This document shows, piece by piece, positions 37,198-52,595 of a stretch of 64,000 nt of DNA. A program made the position numbers and the translations under genes. Origin of the DNA: Chrysomallon squamiferum. Taxonomy: Eukaryota; Animalia; Mollusca. Within the stretch, counting starts at the first letter, position 1. Every line of letters begins with the position of its first letter. Location: the NCBI GenBank assembly GCA_012295275.1, contig CM022675.1, positions 6,076,001-6,140,000 of the forward strand, given 5' to 3'. The notes beneath the pieces are model-generated. The model was given only the letters and a program-made list of their open reading frames with translations, did no database searches and had not been told where the DNA came from.

Positions 37198-39663
37198 ACT
37201 CGTAATATTATGGGGACAAAAACCTATCAAGATGGTTAGTGGTAGTTATATGATAGGAAAGAAAATTGTTTCCTATTTATTGAGTCATAGAAAATAAAAT
37301 GATAAAAAGTATTTTGTATAAATAAAACTAAAAATAATAATATTTACTGCATCATGGAGACAAATGTAATTTGACTGGTGACAGGAAAATTGGTGACTTG
37401 TTCCAAAATGTGAAAAATGATTTTACATAGAACTGTAGAGGAGACCATCAGCTATAAAATAAGATCAATATTTCTAAGACATCTCTAAAATTGACAAGAA
37501 AGTGTTCCGAATCCAGGTTTGACAGTATAGTCATCTTGGAGAACATTGACTTTAAAGAAGTTGTCATTTGCGATGTGTTTGAAATTCATAAATATATAGA
37601 TTTTTTTTAATAATCAACAATAAAGAAATAACGAAGAATTTCACTTTTATGTTTGTAAGTTAAGAAATATGAAAATGCTGTCATAACTTGGGTGTTTTAT
37701 TATTCAAATTCTTTCTTTTTCGTTGTACTACCATATCTCATCACAGAAGTCAGTTCTTTCATCACTGGTACTGGATTCGTCGCAGTCTGCTGGTTTTTGA
37801 TGGGCTATATTCATTGCTTCTAGATGTGTTTATACAAATAGTGTTGGTGTTTCCTGTCCAGTCCTAGTGACATTATTATTTCTTTCGTTGGAGCTGTCTT
37901 AAATTAAGCAAGGTCACCAATTCTTGATCAGCATCAGAATATTTCTTCTCAAAAATGGAGCCTGGATTTAAAATTAGTGTATGAACAGTACGATGATTTT
38001 CTTACATTTATACTCAAGATACAGGGCTTTTTTTTTAGGGGATGGGTTGAGTGTTTCTTTTGTTGTTTTTTTTACACCACTTGTGGAGTCTCCTTTGTTG
38101 ATCAGAAAGGAACTTCCCAAAAGAAACGAATTCTTTTCATAATATGTTAATGAAGCCATACACAATCTTAAATGATAAATGGTATTTTGGTCAAAAATTT
38201 CATAATGGGATTTTCCATCATTTATTTTGAATGCGTTTTTCTAGTTTCTCCAATTCTCTGATCCTTGACAACAAAATCAGTTCATTCCTTTAGAGATTCT
38301 AATAAATCGATTGTGTTTTTCTAGCACTATCAATGTAATCATCACTGATCTTGTCAGTCCCTTTCTGGTTATCTGAATCATCATGAATTGAAACTCCATA
38401 TTCATCACTACCTTCGTCAGAATCTGACAACAAACTGTTCACTTGGGCTTTGTCCAATATAATGTATATAATGAAAAGCATTCTCGTAAATGAGGATTCA
38501 AAACAGAAGTATGTTGGGGATATCCCAAATGGGAGATGGGAGAATAATATAATTTAAAAAATGTGCTTTTCTTTATTTGGTTTATATAAAGAATCATCTA
38601 TAATTAATGATGATTATCAATAGGACAGGGTTACAAAGCAAATACATCTAAGAGACATTTCTTCTGAACTGAAAACAACAACAAACAAACAAAAAACTAC
38701 TTTATTATTAACTGTAAACTGTTATAAATAATTTAGCAAATGAAAGTGGAATACAAAATTACTTATTTAAGCATGTGTTTTTTTGTGAAATGCGATGCTG
38801 TCTTTAGAATACTGAGAAAGCTTAGCATAGTAATACTCAGCATACTGGATATGCCAGACCATCATCTCTATCTTGGCAACAAGACATTTTGTTTATCTTT
38901 AGAAATTATTTACTTTCGTTGATCATGATATCACTGTTAATATGATAACACTTCTATAAAATAACAAACACGATATTTCCGGCTTTTCAGTGATAACAGG
39001 GGATATCCCTGATAGAAGGGCCAAGATTATTATAATAATATTTTCTTCTTAGTTTTGTTCAGATAAATAATGATGATTGTTAGTAAGAGACGATTACTAA
39101 TTGCAGGTGTTAGATAATTTTTATTATATACGTTAACAAGACTGAGAATACTTAAAACAGAAGTGATACTCCTGTTGCTACTTTTGTATTTTATGAGTGA
39201 CAACTGACTCAGTTTGCCGTCTCGAATAACATTTCACTGAATTCTTCTTCCCATTCTGAGACAGATTATTTAATCAAATTAAAATTAATATCCCAAAATA
39301 AATGTTCAAATAGTTTTGTTTGAAAAAGGTGTGGATAATAATGAATATAACTGTTGTTGTGAAGGAAACTAATTTATGTTTGTAATTTCTGAGGTATGAA
39401 GTTTATATTAATTATGTACTTCATTCTGATAGACATTGACTTGTGAAATATTTTTAACTGTTTCATCTGGCTTTATTGTTTATGTAATGTTTTCAGATAG
39501 TTATGTCTTAAAAATACGTACATTTTTTAACTGACTGGTTTTATCTAATTGCTTATTTTTTATGTTAAATTTTTTGTTTGCTCAGTGTATTTACTGAAAG
39601 TGCACTTCAAAAGTGAAAAAAAATTCTTGATATATATATATGACGCCATTTTATTTATGTTTT

Positions 39664-39717
<54 letters not shown>

Positions 39718-40851
39718 GGTTTTTGTATATGTTTAAAACATATCTCTCTCTTTGTTATTACTACTACTACGACTAATACTATTTTGTTGATTTATGATGT
39801 ATCTAATCCAGATATGATTCCAGTATATTTCTTCTTGAATATATATTGTTTTTATGTATAATAATAATTGTTTTGACTTTGTTAAAATATTTCAGTTGAA
39901 ACTCGAATGTGTTTACTAAAAGTACTCTTTGAAATTGAAGACACGTATTTTTTGAAGAAGAAAACAAACAAACAAAAACTTTCTAACCCTAACCCATTTT
40001 TTTTTTTTTTGGTTTTTTTTTTTTTTTGAACAGGATTTGGTATTAGCTTTTATTAATTACTTAGACTTGTTTTTTCTGTTTGTTGTAGTGTTTAAAAAAG
40101 CTTTTTTATCTTTTGCTGTTGTTGTTATCACTACTACTACTTTGTTGATTTATAATATATTTGTACAAATATGCTTCCACTACATTTTCCTTGAATATTT
40201 TCTCGTATTTTTTATTTTTATGTTCAGTTATTGTTTTCACTGTTAAAATACTTCAGTTGATGACATATTAAATTTGCATTATTCCTGATGTTTTATCACA
40301 TACCAACCTTAACTTATAATTTTTAAAATTAAACTGCATTTTTCCATTATAATACTTGTGTATCTTATTGATTTTGATACACATATTTTGTTTAATTATT
40401 TTCAAGAACTGTTTGTTGTTATTATTATTACCTTGGTGTATTTTTTTTTGATTATTCCTAAAGTAATTTGGTTATTTATTAATTAGTTTTCTATCCTTTT
40501 ATTTCTAACACTAATTTAGTATTCATTTAGTTACTATTTACATTTGTTGATTTAAGTAATTATTTCAAATGTATCAAGAAAGTAAATGTGTTAATTTTAT
40601 TATAGAATTTTATTCACGTAAGATATAAGAATTAATAGGTTATCAGTCACAGAAGTAAATAAATAAAAACTGATTTACACAATCATGAAAGATAAAATAT
40701 TACAAAGTCTATTTCTTATGAGTTTGTCATCAAATGAAAAATAAACAAGGATTTAAGGTTTAATTACAGCATTTATAATCGTTTCATTTAAGGAATCGCA
40801 GCTTAGTGTTTTTGATCGAGAGAAACTATTTTTACTTTTATGATGATGATG

Positions 40852-40910
<59 letters not shown>

Positions 40911-43900
40911 TTTTATTGTAAAATTAATGTTTAGTGGTTTTGTTTTGTTGTGTTGCTTTTTTGTGGTTTTTTTAAATTGAATTTCTTCTCATTTATAGCA
41001 CCCATGTTAGCTACGCAATTATATGAAATACTGTGGACAACTCTTAAGTAATTAACACACACAGGCACAAACAGACACACATATTAATTAATAACAATAA
41101 CAGTTCTATGAAAGTGGAAATAAATAGAAATGTACAAATTATGTAGATTTCATTATTATTATTATCATTTTTCTATACATTTTAATGTGTATAAGTTAAA
41201 TTAACCTTCTAACACTATTAGAACATGAATATGCCAAACTTAGATATTTTAGGATAAAGTTCAAGAGAAATTTTCATTGTAACAGAAAGGCATCATCTTC
41301 TGCAAGAAACTTCCAGTTTGGTTTGCTTTATATAAATTATTAGCTGCTGCTTGGACAGTCATTTTTCGAAAATGTTATTCCATTTCTTTAATAAGGTGTA
41401 AAGTAGAGACTATTAAGTAAAAATATGCTAATAAGAAAAAAAAGAAAATGCATGAAGATAGATATTAAACCACTTCTTTGTCCCTATTGTTAGTTTTTCA
41501 TGTCGGAGATCCTGTATTGTAAACGTTTAATTATGATATTGTAAATATATTATATTGTAAACACTTAACTGTTATATAGTAAACATATAACTTTTATACT
41601 GTAAACCCATAGATTGTTTCATTGCAAAGTATAATTCACTGTACACTTCTCATTGCTGTATTGTAAACATATAGCAGTCCTGTTGTAAGCAGACAGTTGT
41701 TTTATTATAAAGATGTAACTAGCACACAGTAAGCATATAATATAATGTAAATACAAAATCGTTATATCATTAACAAATAACTTTTGTATTTTAAAGATAT
41801 ACATTTGAATTCTAGACATATAACTGTTATAAGGTAAACACAATTACTTTACTATAAAAATATTACTAATTTATTATTAATGTGTACTTAAATAAATAAA
41901 GAAACAAATAAATAAATATTAAATACATAAATAAGTAAACAAAACAAACAAACTAAGAAACAAACAAATAACACAGGATAAAAATATTCACACTAACTTC
42001 ACACTTGAATTCATACAACTTCGAATTGTAAAGACATCGACATCGAGATAACTGTATAATTATTAGAATCAATAAAATTAAAACGTTTATTTAGCCTTAT
42101 GTTATTTATTAAACTATTTGTGATCTTTATGCGAATGCCAGTAAACAAACAAATAAATAATTATCACACATAAACAATGTAATCGGGAGTAACCGGGTAC
42201 AAAGTACACAAAATAATAATCTCGAGGATTCACGCGACTTTGAATCACGCGATTAAAATGGCGGCTTGTTTTCAGGCGGCTGTCATTGCGCAAACTAAAA
42301 TGAAAAGATTACAAGGAATTTGTTAGTTAATTACTTCTATTTTGAAGGTGAGTGTATATTTAATTTATTTCTTCATATTCAGTTTCATTTTTTAATAATA
42401 TGCCACTGTATTTACATGCAATATTAATTATAGCTCATGAGCCATGATGGGGGCGTGGCAGAAATATTTTAAACAAAACTATTACACACCATTAATGTAT
42501 TTAAAATATAAAAGTTAAATATCTACTTAATTATTACTTCTAACTGTTTACGTGTATCGTGGGATTAACAGACAAATATAAAAAATCGAAACGATGTTTG
42601 TTAATTACCATGAAAAGTGACTGAGCTGTGAGATTTTTAGTACTGGACGTCTGGGACCGTATGGGAACCCGTAGAAAATAATGAATTTCGAAATAAGTTA
42701 CCCGTCTCTTAGAAATATCAGTTACATAGACATTTTTATCACTAGATGGGCGATACTATTATTATTATAACTTAGAAGAAAGGATTGTCATGTTGTTCAT
42801 TATTTTCTAAACATAAAAAACTTACAAATTATTAATTGCTAACAAAGATAAAAAAAGTCAAGATATTACTTGTCAAATGCTCAGATATTTTAGTACTATT
42901 CATTTTGAAATATTTCTTTTCCATTGTTTCTTTCTTTGTTGTGTTGTTGTTGTTGTGGTGTTCTTCTTCTTCTTCTTCTTCTTCATTTAAATCAATTAAC
43001 AACAATGTTTGTATATATACATACATATATATATATATATTTGTGTGTATATGGATGTGTGTGTGTATATGTGAAGATATATCTGTGTTTTTTCTCAAGG
43101 TATTTTCAGTTTTACTAAACATATAATAATGCACCAAATTCTGCATCGAAAACAATATTGTGGTTGAAATTCCCTTGACATTTGAAATTTCAGTGTTGAT
43201 ATTGTCTTTTGTTTTAGAAAGATTACTCTGTCAGTTTTAACTGGCCTCCTTGTGGGATAATCTTGAGACAAGAAAAAACACAACTTTATGGAAAATGTTC
43301 TTCTTTTTATACAGTATTTCTAGCTTTTCTATATAGTGTGAAGTTCCATGTGTATCGAAATAATGATTCGAAGATAATGGCCGTTTATCCTAATTACTAA
43401 AGATTCATAAAGGTATGGTTACAAAATGTCCTCCCCAAAAGAAGTTTTCTAGTATTTTTTATGTGGTTCTTTAGAAGAAAGATGAATACTTAGTTAATTG
43501 ATGATTTTGTGCACAAATCCTAAAACCAATAAAAAATTACCTACTATATGAAATATTGAAATTGTGACAACAGTTATTGAAAAAGGTGTTGTTGTAAATA
43601 TTAAAAACAATGCAGGTAAAATTTCTCTTCTGATAGGTTATCACTACAAACACAACAACGTAGCTTCGTTTTTACTGGAGCATGGAGCTGATCCTCATTT
43701 AGCAGACAGATATAACAATTCTGTTTTACACGTAGTATTTTAACGTGGAAATATTGAAATTGTAACAGCACTGACTGAAAAAGGCAGTGATGTAAATATC
43801 AAAAGTAACAGAGGTTAAACTCCTCTTCATAGAGCTTTAAATTATGGCCAGTAAACAAATAAATAAATAATTATCACACATAAACAATGTAATCGGGAGT

Positions 43901-45143
43901 AACCGGGTACAAAGTACACAAAATAATAATCTCGAGGATTCACGCGACTTTGAATCACGCGATTAAAATGGCGGTTTGTTTTCAGGCGGTTGTCATTGCT
44001 CAAACTAAAATGAAAATATTACAAGGAATCTGTTAGTTAATTTCTTCTATTTTGAAGGTAAGGGTATATTTAATTGATTTCTTCATATTCAGTTTCATTT
44101 TTTAATAATATGTTAGTGTATTTACATGCAATATTAACTATATCTCATGAGCCATGATGGGGGCGTGGCAGAAATATTTTACACAAACATATTACACACC
44201 ATTAATGTATTTAAAATATAAAAGTTAAATATCTGCTTAATTATTACTTCTAACTGTTAAATGTATCGTGTGATTAACAGATAAATCTAAAAAATAAACG
44301 ATGTTTGTTAATTACAATGAAAAGTGACTGAGCTGTGAGATTTTTAGTAATGTCAAAAGCTGAATTTCTCAGAATCATTGATTCGGAAAATGGCTTTATA
44401 AGTCACCCCTTGTGTTTAATTCTGAAGATCATAGCAACCATGTATTTTTAGTCGCTTGATGTCCTAAAAGTTTGAAAAAAGTTTGGTTAGTTTCAGCAAG
44501 AATGAATTAGTATTTATCAGTGTTCTCTCCTCATGTGTTAACATTTGTCTGAGTTTAAAGAAAAGTGACTAAACTGCCATTTTTGCCATCATTGAATTAA
44601 ATCGCGATTGATTTATTTATTATTATTGTTGTTTTTTTTGTTGTTGTTTTTATTATTATTATTTTTTATTTTTACATTGTATTTTCCCATAAAATGTTTG
44701 AAATTCTGCATTTTTATGATATTGATTAATGCCTTATAAAACAGGTATACGTTTAAAACAAAAAATGAAATAGGTATAAAGATCTTTAAACAGTACATCA
44801 TAACTCTCTTGACACATGTAAGTTAAAAAAAAAAACAGTACTTGGTGTATACATTTGTTAAAAGGACTTCAGGCATTTGATATTTAACCATAATCCTCTA
44901 CAAAATACGATTTCGTCTAATCCGTGGAGGGCACTCCAGAATGGTGTAGCAGGTACTTATTATTGTAGTCTGGGATCGTATGTGAACCCGTGGAAAATAA
45001 TGAATTAAGAAATAAGTTACCCGTCTCTTAGAAATATCAGTTACGTACACATTTGTATCACTAGGTGGGCGATACTCGATGCAGTTTTCATTTACCACCT
45101 CTGATCAGCCAAACATAAAGTGTCCACCTTTCAAAGGAGAAAG

Positions 45144-45190
<47 letters not shown>

Positions 45191-48100
45191 GATTATTATT
45201 ATTATTGATACTATTATTATTATTATTATTATTATTATTACTTCTACTACTACTACTTAGAAGAAAGAACTGTCATGTTCATTGTTTTCTAAACTTACAA
45301 ATTATTAATTGCTAACAAAGATAAAAGTCAAAATATTATTTGTCAAATGCTCAGATATTTTAGTACCATTCATTTTGAAATATTTATTTTTCTTTGTTTC
45401 TTTCTTTGTTGTGTTGTTGTTGTTGTCCTTTTTCTTCTTCTTGTTTATTTAAATCAATCAACAACGTTTGTGTGTATATATCTGTGTGAACGTGTGTGTG
45501 TGAGTGTGTGTATGTGCATATATATATATATGTGTGTGTTTTCTCAAGGTAGTTTCAGTTTTACTACAAATATAATAATGTATCAAATTCTGCATCGAAA
45601 ACAATATTGTGGTTGAAATTCCCTTGACATTTGAAATTTCAGTGTTGATATTGTCTTTTGTTTTAGAAAGATTACTCTGTCATTTTTAACTGGCCTCCTT
45701 GTTGGATAATCTTGAGTTCAGAACAAATTATTTTGAAACAAAAACACAAACAACAAAAAACACAACATGTTGGCACATTTTCTGCTTTTATACCGTCTAT
45801 TTCTAGCTTTTCTATATAGTGTGAAGTTCCATGTGTACCGAAATAATGATTAGAAGATAACGGCTTACCCTGGTATTTCTAACCTTAGTGCAATAAAAAC
45901 AGGCTGTTTATCCTAATTACTAAAGATTAATAGAGGTATGGTTACAAAATGTGCTTCCCAAAAGAAGTTTTCCAATATATTGCATGTGATTATTTAGGAG
46001 AAAGATGAATACTTAGTTAATTGGTGATTTCGTGCACAAATCCTAAATTTACCTATTATATGATTAGATGATTATCTTTTTATTGGCCCATGCAAGAAGA
46101 GCTTACTTTTGGTCAAACTTAGATAGCTTGGGTGTTGATGTGTCAAGCTGAACAGATGGTCATAATATTTCTCTTTTATTTATGGCAGTTCGATATGGAA
46201 ATACTGAAATTGCGACAGCACCGATTGGAAAAGATGTTGATGTAAATATTAAAAACAATCAAGGTGAAACTGCTCTTCTTGCAGGTGTGATTTATTTCTT
46301 TTCAAAAGAAAAGAAACACAAAATAATAATAATAATAAAACAAGATAAAGAAATATTTTAATTCAGTGTTTCCATTTCCCGAAAAGCATTAAACCATAAT
46401 TTGAAACAGAAATGAACATTTTTTATATAATTCTATAAAACAAATATTCTGTGAAATAGTTTTTGACATAACCATTAAACAAATTTCCGCAAATATGTCA
46501 TATTTTAATAATTACTATTAAGGAAATGCAGAATTAAATTTACATATTTGTAAGGGAAGAATGAAAATGTTGACATAACTCCAGCTTTCTTAACTCCACT
46601 TTTGTTTTTGTTTTGTTTGTACTACCAGATCTTATCACAGAAGTCAGTTCTTTCATCACTGTTACTCAATTCATCACAGTCTGTTGGTTTTGGATAGGCT
46701 TTCATATCAGATTTAATTGGTTTTTTAATGTCATTGTCTGAATCCAGGGGGACTGTTAAACTGCTGCTTTCATTGGGCTCTATCGTTCTGAAGCGACAAT
46801 CAGTTTTTTTGCGTCAAAATGAATATTCTGACCATTTACTGAAACTTGTTTCTCTTGCAGCTTGTGATGTAGCATAATTCAGCATCAGATCAAAAACCCT
46901 TGTATAAACCTGTAGTACCTGAGATACAAGCCATGTCACAGATATTAACAAACAATTAAGTGAAATGTTCTGAGAAAAGGAAAAAATCAAAATCCAATAG
47001 ATAAAACCATGTTGAATCCTTTATAATTATTCCTTCACTTGTTTGTCTAGATCTATCTAGATAATAAGATGTTAAAAAAAAGAGAAAATAAAAAAATAAA
47101 ATAAAAAATGTACATTTAATATTATAATACTAGTACTTGAGAGACTGTGTACATGAACCAGACTGATGACGTTATCGGAGAACTCATTAAAATCTGTCAT
47201 CACTACAATTAACAAAATAGAGGGAGAAATGATTGCTGAGTCACTTCTTCTGTCAAACAGTCGAAATGTACACGATCAAATTCTAAAAATATAAAAGTGC
47301 TGTTGTTTGTTTATATTTCTCTTATCTAGGTCGTGTGCCACGCGATAGAAACGCGATGTGCATGCGTTTATTTATAGGTTTATTTAATCAGTTGTCAATG
47401 AACCAATGAGATCAACAGCTGGCGCATGACCTTCCCTTTTCTACCACGTGATCAAAATCGTTTCAGTTGTGAGCTTTAAAAGGTGTGCGTTCTAAGCAAA
47501 TTAACAGGTTGAAAATATTAAAAATAATAAAAATAAATAGTAATTGAAAATAATATAAAATAAAAATCAACAATAACAATACAAAAACCCCTAAAACAAA
47601 TACATTTGTTTTCAGCCATAGACGCCCAGAATAACGAAAATACTAATAATAAAATTTAAGATGTGTAATACAAAATTAGATATGAAGACAAAGAAAGCTT
47701 TGCATTTAGTCTCAGTTTACATTAATCTATGCAATAAAATATATAGATATAGATATAATGTATATGTATATTCAATACCAAAGTCATTGAGAAAAAACCC
47801 ACAGTGTAAATGAACAGACACACACACATATACTGAGGAAGCCATCTACAATACTCAAAATATATATATGAAGACAGTAAAACGGCAACAAAATGCAGTT
47901 GAATAACACTACTATATAAAGAGTTTATTGCAGTCAAATCATATAGGAAACACATCAATATGATATCTCGCACACACAAACAAACACACGCACAGACACG
48001 GAAACATACACGTACAAATACACAAACTCAGAAATACACACAAACACATACACAGCCACAGAGATACTCGCACACACCAGAGATGACTGCGATAAACTGG

Positions 48101-51100
48101 AATCATTAACTCTACAGTTTATCTTTACTCTGATATGATAACTAAAATAACAACTTTAAAATCCTGGGTCTAAAGGTAAACATGTCTACATCAATATGTA
48201 AAACAAGTAAAATACTTCAACAGCATGCTATACATCAAGATGATGTACGTACGAAAAATACAAAAACGAGGTAAAATATTATTGCATAAACATTTGGTGA
48301 AAATAAAAATGCAGAACAAGTATTTTTAAGTATTAGAATAATCTCTCCATCGACTGTGTACTTAATTTATTTGAAAAGCTGATACACCCAATTTTATTGT
48401 ATGGTTGTCGAATACGGGGTTTTACATATATACAACTAATAGACTGATTCCATATGAAATTTTTATGTACCCCTGATTTTAGGATCTATGATGAACTAAG
48501 ACTGTGTCGCCTTTGTATTTACATAAAAGCAAGAATGATAACCTTGGAGATGAATATCATTATATATTTGAAAGTAATGTTCCTATATTATTAAATGCAA
48601 AAAAAAATGTATACCAGATAAATATTTGCGACATCCAAATGTAAGTTCATATACTAATATGTTTAACAGTAAAAATATATTTGTATTAAAAGAGCTATGT
48701 TTGTTAATAAGAACTATATGTGACAGAGTATGTCCTCCACGTTAACCTTTCATGCATGTACATTTTAATTTTGTTTCCATGTGTCTGTAATACGTTCTTC
48801 TTTGTACTCTTATCCTACAGTTTATGACAATAAAACCATTGTCATTGTCATTGCTAAGTTGTATATCTAAATAAGAAATATAGCTTTGACTGCAAAACAA
48901 AAGTTACCTAGCATTTGACCATTTTTGACAGTTTCACTGATGGTGCTAATACAAATTTAAAGGAAAAAGAAAAACGTTTTGAAAAATAAATATATAATAT
49001 TAAAAAAAGAAGAAGAAATAGTCATTAGGTTTCTTATTCGGTATTTGTGCAATAATACAGGTACTTTTAATTAAGCAGATCTACTACTTAGAACATTTTA
49101 ATTGAAATAACATAACAAATAGGGTTAATGCAATGAAAACTGGAAGTGAAGCTTAATTAGCAAACATTCATAGAGGTATGGTAAAAAAAAAAAAAAAAAA
49201 AAGGTGTTCTACTGTAGGTTATTTTGTGCTTCTTTGGGTGAAAGATGAATATATAATTGAGGGTTTTATATACAATTCCTGAAATATGATCATTAACAGT
49301 AAACATCATCATTTCAAAATATCGTTGTCCAAAACAGTAATCATTGTTTCTATTGTTTCTTAGCGAAATTGTCTTTCACTACAGTGTCTGGAATACCAAA
49401 CAAATTTGTTAAATTTCATGAGAATGTTCACATTTATCATGTGTAAATATTAACTCTTATTTAAATTGCACAAATAGAAGGATAAGATGCACTCATTTGT
49501 AAGCAAAAGAAACATCAATTGGTGAACTTTGTGATTTTACTGCAAATATTCTTTGATGTCTGTTTCCAGTTGCATATTATGTAAAGATACTATAAAAACA
49601 GAGAAGCTGGAGGCAGGCATGGTTAATTTTCCTGAATCAAAGGTCCATTGTTTTGTATTTACCAAAGGAAAGAATAGCTTATGCATTCCAGCAGCAGGCG
49701 GTTTCAAAGGCTGATTTCTGTTAAATCAGTAGTCAGGGACCGTATAGGAACCAGTAGAAAACAATGTATAGAAAATAAGTTCTTAGTGACTTTGAAACAT
49801 CAGTTATTTGAATTTTGATACATAATGCAATATGTGCAAATTTCTTGATATTTTAAGCTGCCATGGGGAGCAGCTAAATATTAAATGCACACCCTGGGTG
49901 TGTGTGTGACGAAAGATTATCATTATTATTATCTGGAAGAAAGAACTGTACTTGTGATTTTTCTTGACAGTTGAGCGTGTACTTTGATATTTTGTCTCAT
50001 GTACATTGCTTTCTAAACATACAAAACTTGTAAATTATTAGTTGCCCAAAAAATTGAGAAATGTAGAAGACATTTTTCAAATGCTCAATTATGTTAGTTC
50101 TCTTCATTTTAATTTTATTTGTTTTTGTTGCTTAAGTCAGTTTTGAACAATATTTGTACATCTATTCAGATACACCTCTCTTTTCAGAAGGTAGCTTTAG
50201 TTTTCTTATAAACATAATAACAAAGCCAAGTCTGCATCAAAACAAATATTTTGGTTGAAATTTCAAAACTTATTTTCTTTATTAACATTTATTTATTTTT
50301 TTAAAAATTTACTCTGTCATCTTAAACTGGTGTCCTTGTAGGATAATCTAGAATTCAAGGGTAAAACACACACACACACATACACACACATATTTTTATC
50401 TTTCCTGAATTCTAGATAACTCCTAGGGGTGGTGTATATATATATATATACACTAACACTGTCATGGAATTCAGATTGCGTAATCAAATTTGTTACTTCA
50501 ATCACAGATCCACTCCTTTTATTTTTAAGCGATGGAATTGAAATTGCGCATGCTTAATTGCAACTACAATCGCATCCGCTCCTTTTGTTGTTTCTGCTAA
50601 TTTTTCAACTTTGTGGATTTGTTATAAAAAAGGCTGGCATTTGGTAAATAAAGTAAGCGAAGTAAGCGAGAGCAAAGAAAACGGTTAAGACGAGAATTCG
50701 GTCAGGCGTGGAAACCAATGTTTCTGAATGACATTGCCTTTACAGACAATTATGGTAAGCAATTGTCTATTCTTATTTTGATAGGGTGTAATGTGCAGTT
50801 AACCTGTGTCAATAACATTTATTATAAAACTTTAAGGTTTTAATCTGTCCTTCGTGCAGATTCTTATTTTTTCTTGGTTTTTCGTATGACATTTGTCTTA
50901 TCATTAATCAGAATTACTTAAACGTATGTTTTATGACTGTATAATGCATTATTATCAAGTCACCTGTATTTCATAATTAACTGGTGTTGTGTTTATTTCT
51001 CTGATGGATAAATAGACTTATTGATTTATACAGATTGCTGTCAATTTAGCTTTTATATTCTTTGTTAGGTGGCCATTAAAGCACCTTGTTTCTCTAGACT

Positions 51101-51288
51101 GAGCCATAAAAAAACAATATACGGTGTTTAAAGGTGTGAACCCCGTGATATACACACATGAGCGTGTGTGTATGTGTGTGTTTATTTAACAGAATCCAAT
51201 GTCACAATATAACAACTTAAACACAGAATTGAATGTAATATTAGCAATCTATCAGTAATGTAAACTGATATTTTACATTTCAGCCAAT

Positions 51289-51436
51289 ATGGATGATGAA
51301 AAAGAGGAGGACAACACCACAGCTGCATCTACTTCTGACTCACATGATCAAAAAGAGGAGGACAACACCACAGCAGCAACTACTTCAGACATGGATACTG
51401 CACAGCCACAAGTGTCAACAGTCACATCTTCTAAAG
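51289..51436 (+). CDS. Copy 4 exon A: acidic start exon (2 units), intact
   Basis: MDDEKEEDNTTAASTSDSHDQKEEDN..QPQVSTVTSSK; 148 bp, donor |gtaatt. Confidence 0.8.
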
Positions 51437-52357
51437 GTAATTAATAGCACAGTAGTTTTCTACAATGTAGTTTACTAATTTGATGGGCAGGTAAAACCAA
51501 ACAAAATTAATTTTTATAACTGTAACAGTGCAGTTTTTCAGTATATTGTTTAATCTCAAGCAGTTATTGTTTATTTCTGTTGTTTTTACTTTCACTTTAA
51601 AGTGTGTGCTGACAATTTTATGGTTATAACACTATTGAACATACACACTTTTCTGATTTATATTGCTAAAAAATTAACAATTCAAAAACCTTTATATCCT
51701 GTTTCTTTGACCTATGAAAACTTTAAAGCAAAACACACACCAATTACTATTTTGATTACAATCATGACTGTTGTAATTATTTTTGAATTTACTTTTGTTT
51801 ATTTTAATACTGTAAAGTAATACTTATTTCTTAGCACCTACAATAATAATCAGTTAACAAACAATATTAAACAGATTTCTTTTATATAATTATATTTAAA
51901 AATAATACATTTTATTAATACTGTATCCTGTACTGTTCTATATATAGATAAAAAAAACATTTTTAGAAATTTTCTACCAGACTCTGTGATCAGAACAACA
52001 GATACAACACACACACACATCACACACACATATTTCTAAATGGTGTGCATGTTTCAGTGATTTTAAAAGAGCATTAATAAACATTGAAATGCTACGAAAA
52101 GTATATATAAAACAACAACAATAATAACAACAATGAGAAAATCAATTAGAACAATAAATAAATTAATAATATTATCAAGAAACAACAACAATAGCAGTAC
52201 TTATTATAGTAAAATCAATCAGAAAGATATAAAAATAATGTTACACATTTGCTCTTTTAAGACTTAGCTGAAGTGTAATTGTACAAGTTGCTGTTAATAA
52301 TTATTGTTTAATTGTAAACAACAAAAAGTTATTCTTTTTATTTTCATATTATTTCAG

Positions 52358-52390
52358 TAAAGAGTGATGGAAGAGCATCAAACATGAAAG
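52358..52390 (+). pseudogene. Copy 4 micro-exon C with mutated donor
   Basis: Same 33 bp as 29694-29726 but AAAG|atgact. Confidence 0.7.
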
Positions 52391-52595
52391 ATGACTTTTT
52401 TGTCCTTACTTTCTTTTGAAAAATGACCATTAATAACAAAATAATTATCTAGTTGCTTTTAATCTTAACACTGATGAATAAATATTATAAACTAATTCTT
52501 ACTAAGAAATAATAAAGTTAATGTTTATATACTACAAACAATTATAAAATAGTTTATAATAGATTCTAATTTTTTTTTAACTTGTTCTGATGCAG

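Larger units (their letters stand above)
19040..37400 (+). repeat. Segmental duplication, unit A (paralog of ~41940-55740)
   Basis: Colinear, near-identical non-coding sequence at about 22.9 kb offset, including promoters, relics, LINE fragment and gene. Confidence 0.9.

Noticed and set aside
39549-40246. Poly-Ile/Leu/Tyr/Asn ORFs (also near 7221, 8780, 55850, 58127, 59582, 63681)
   Set aside because: Translations of trinucleotide microsatellites and T-rich DNA.
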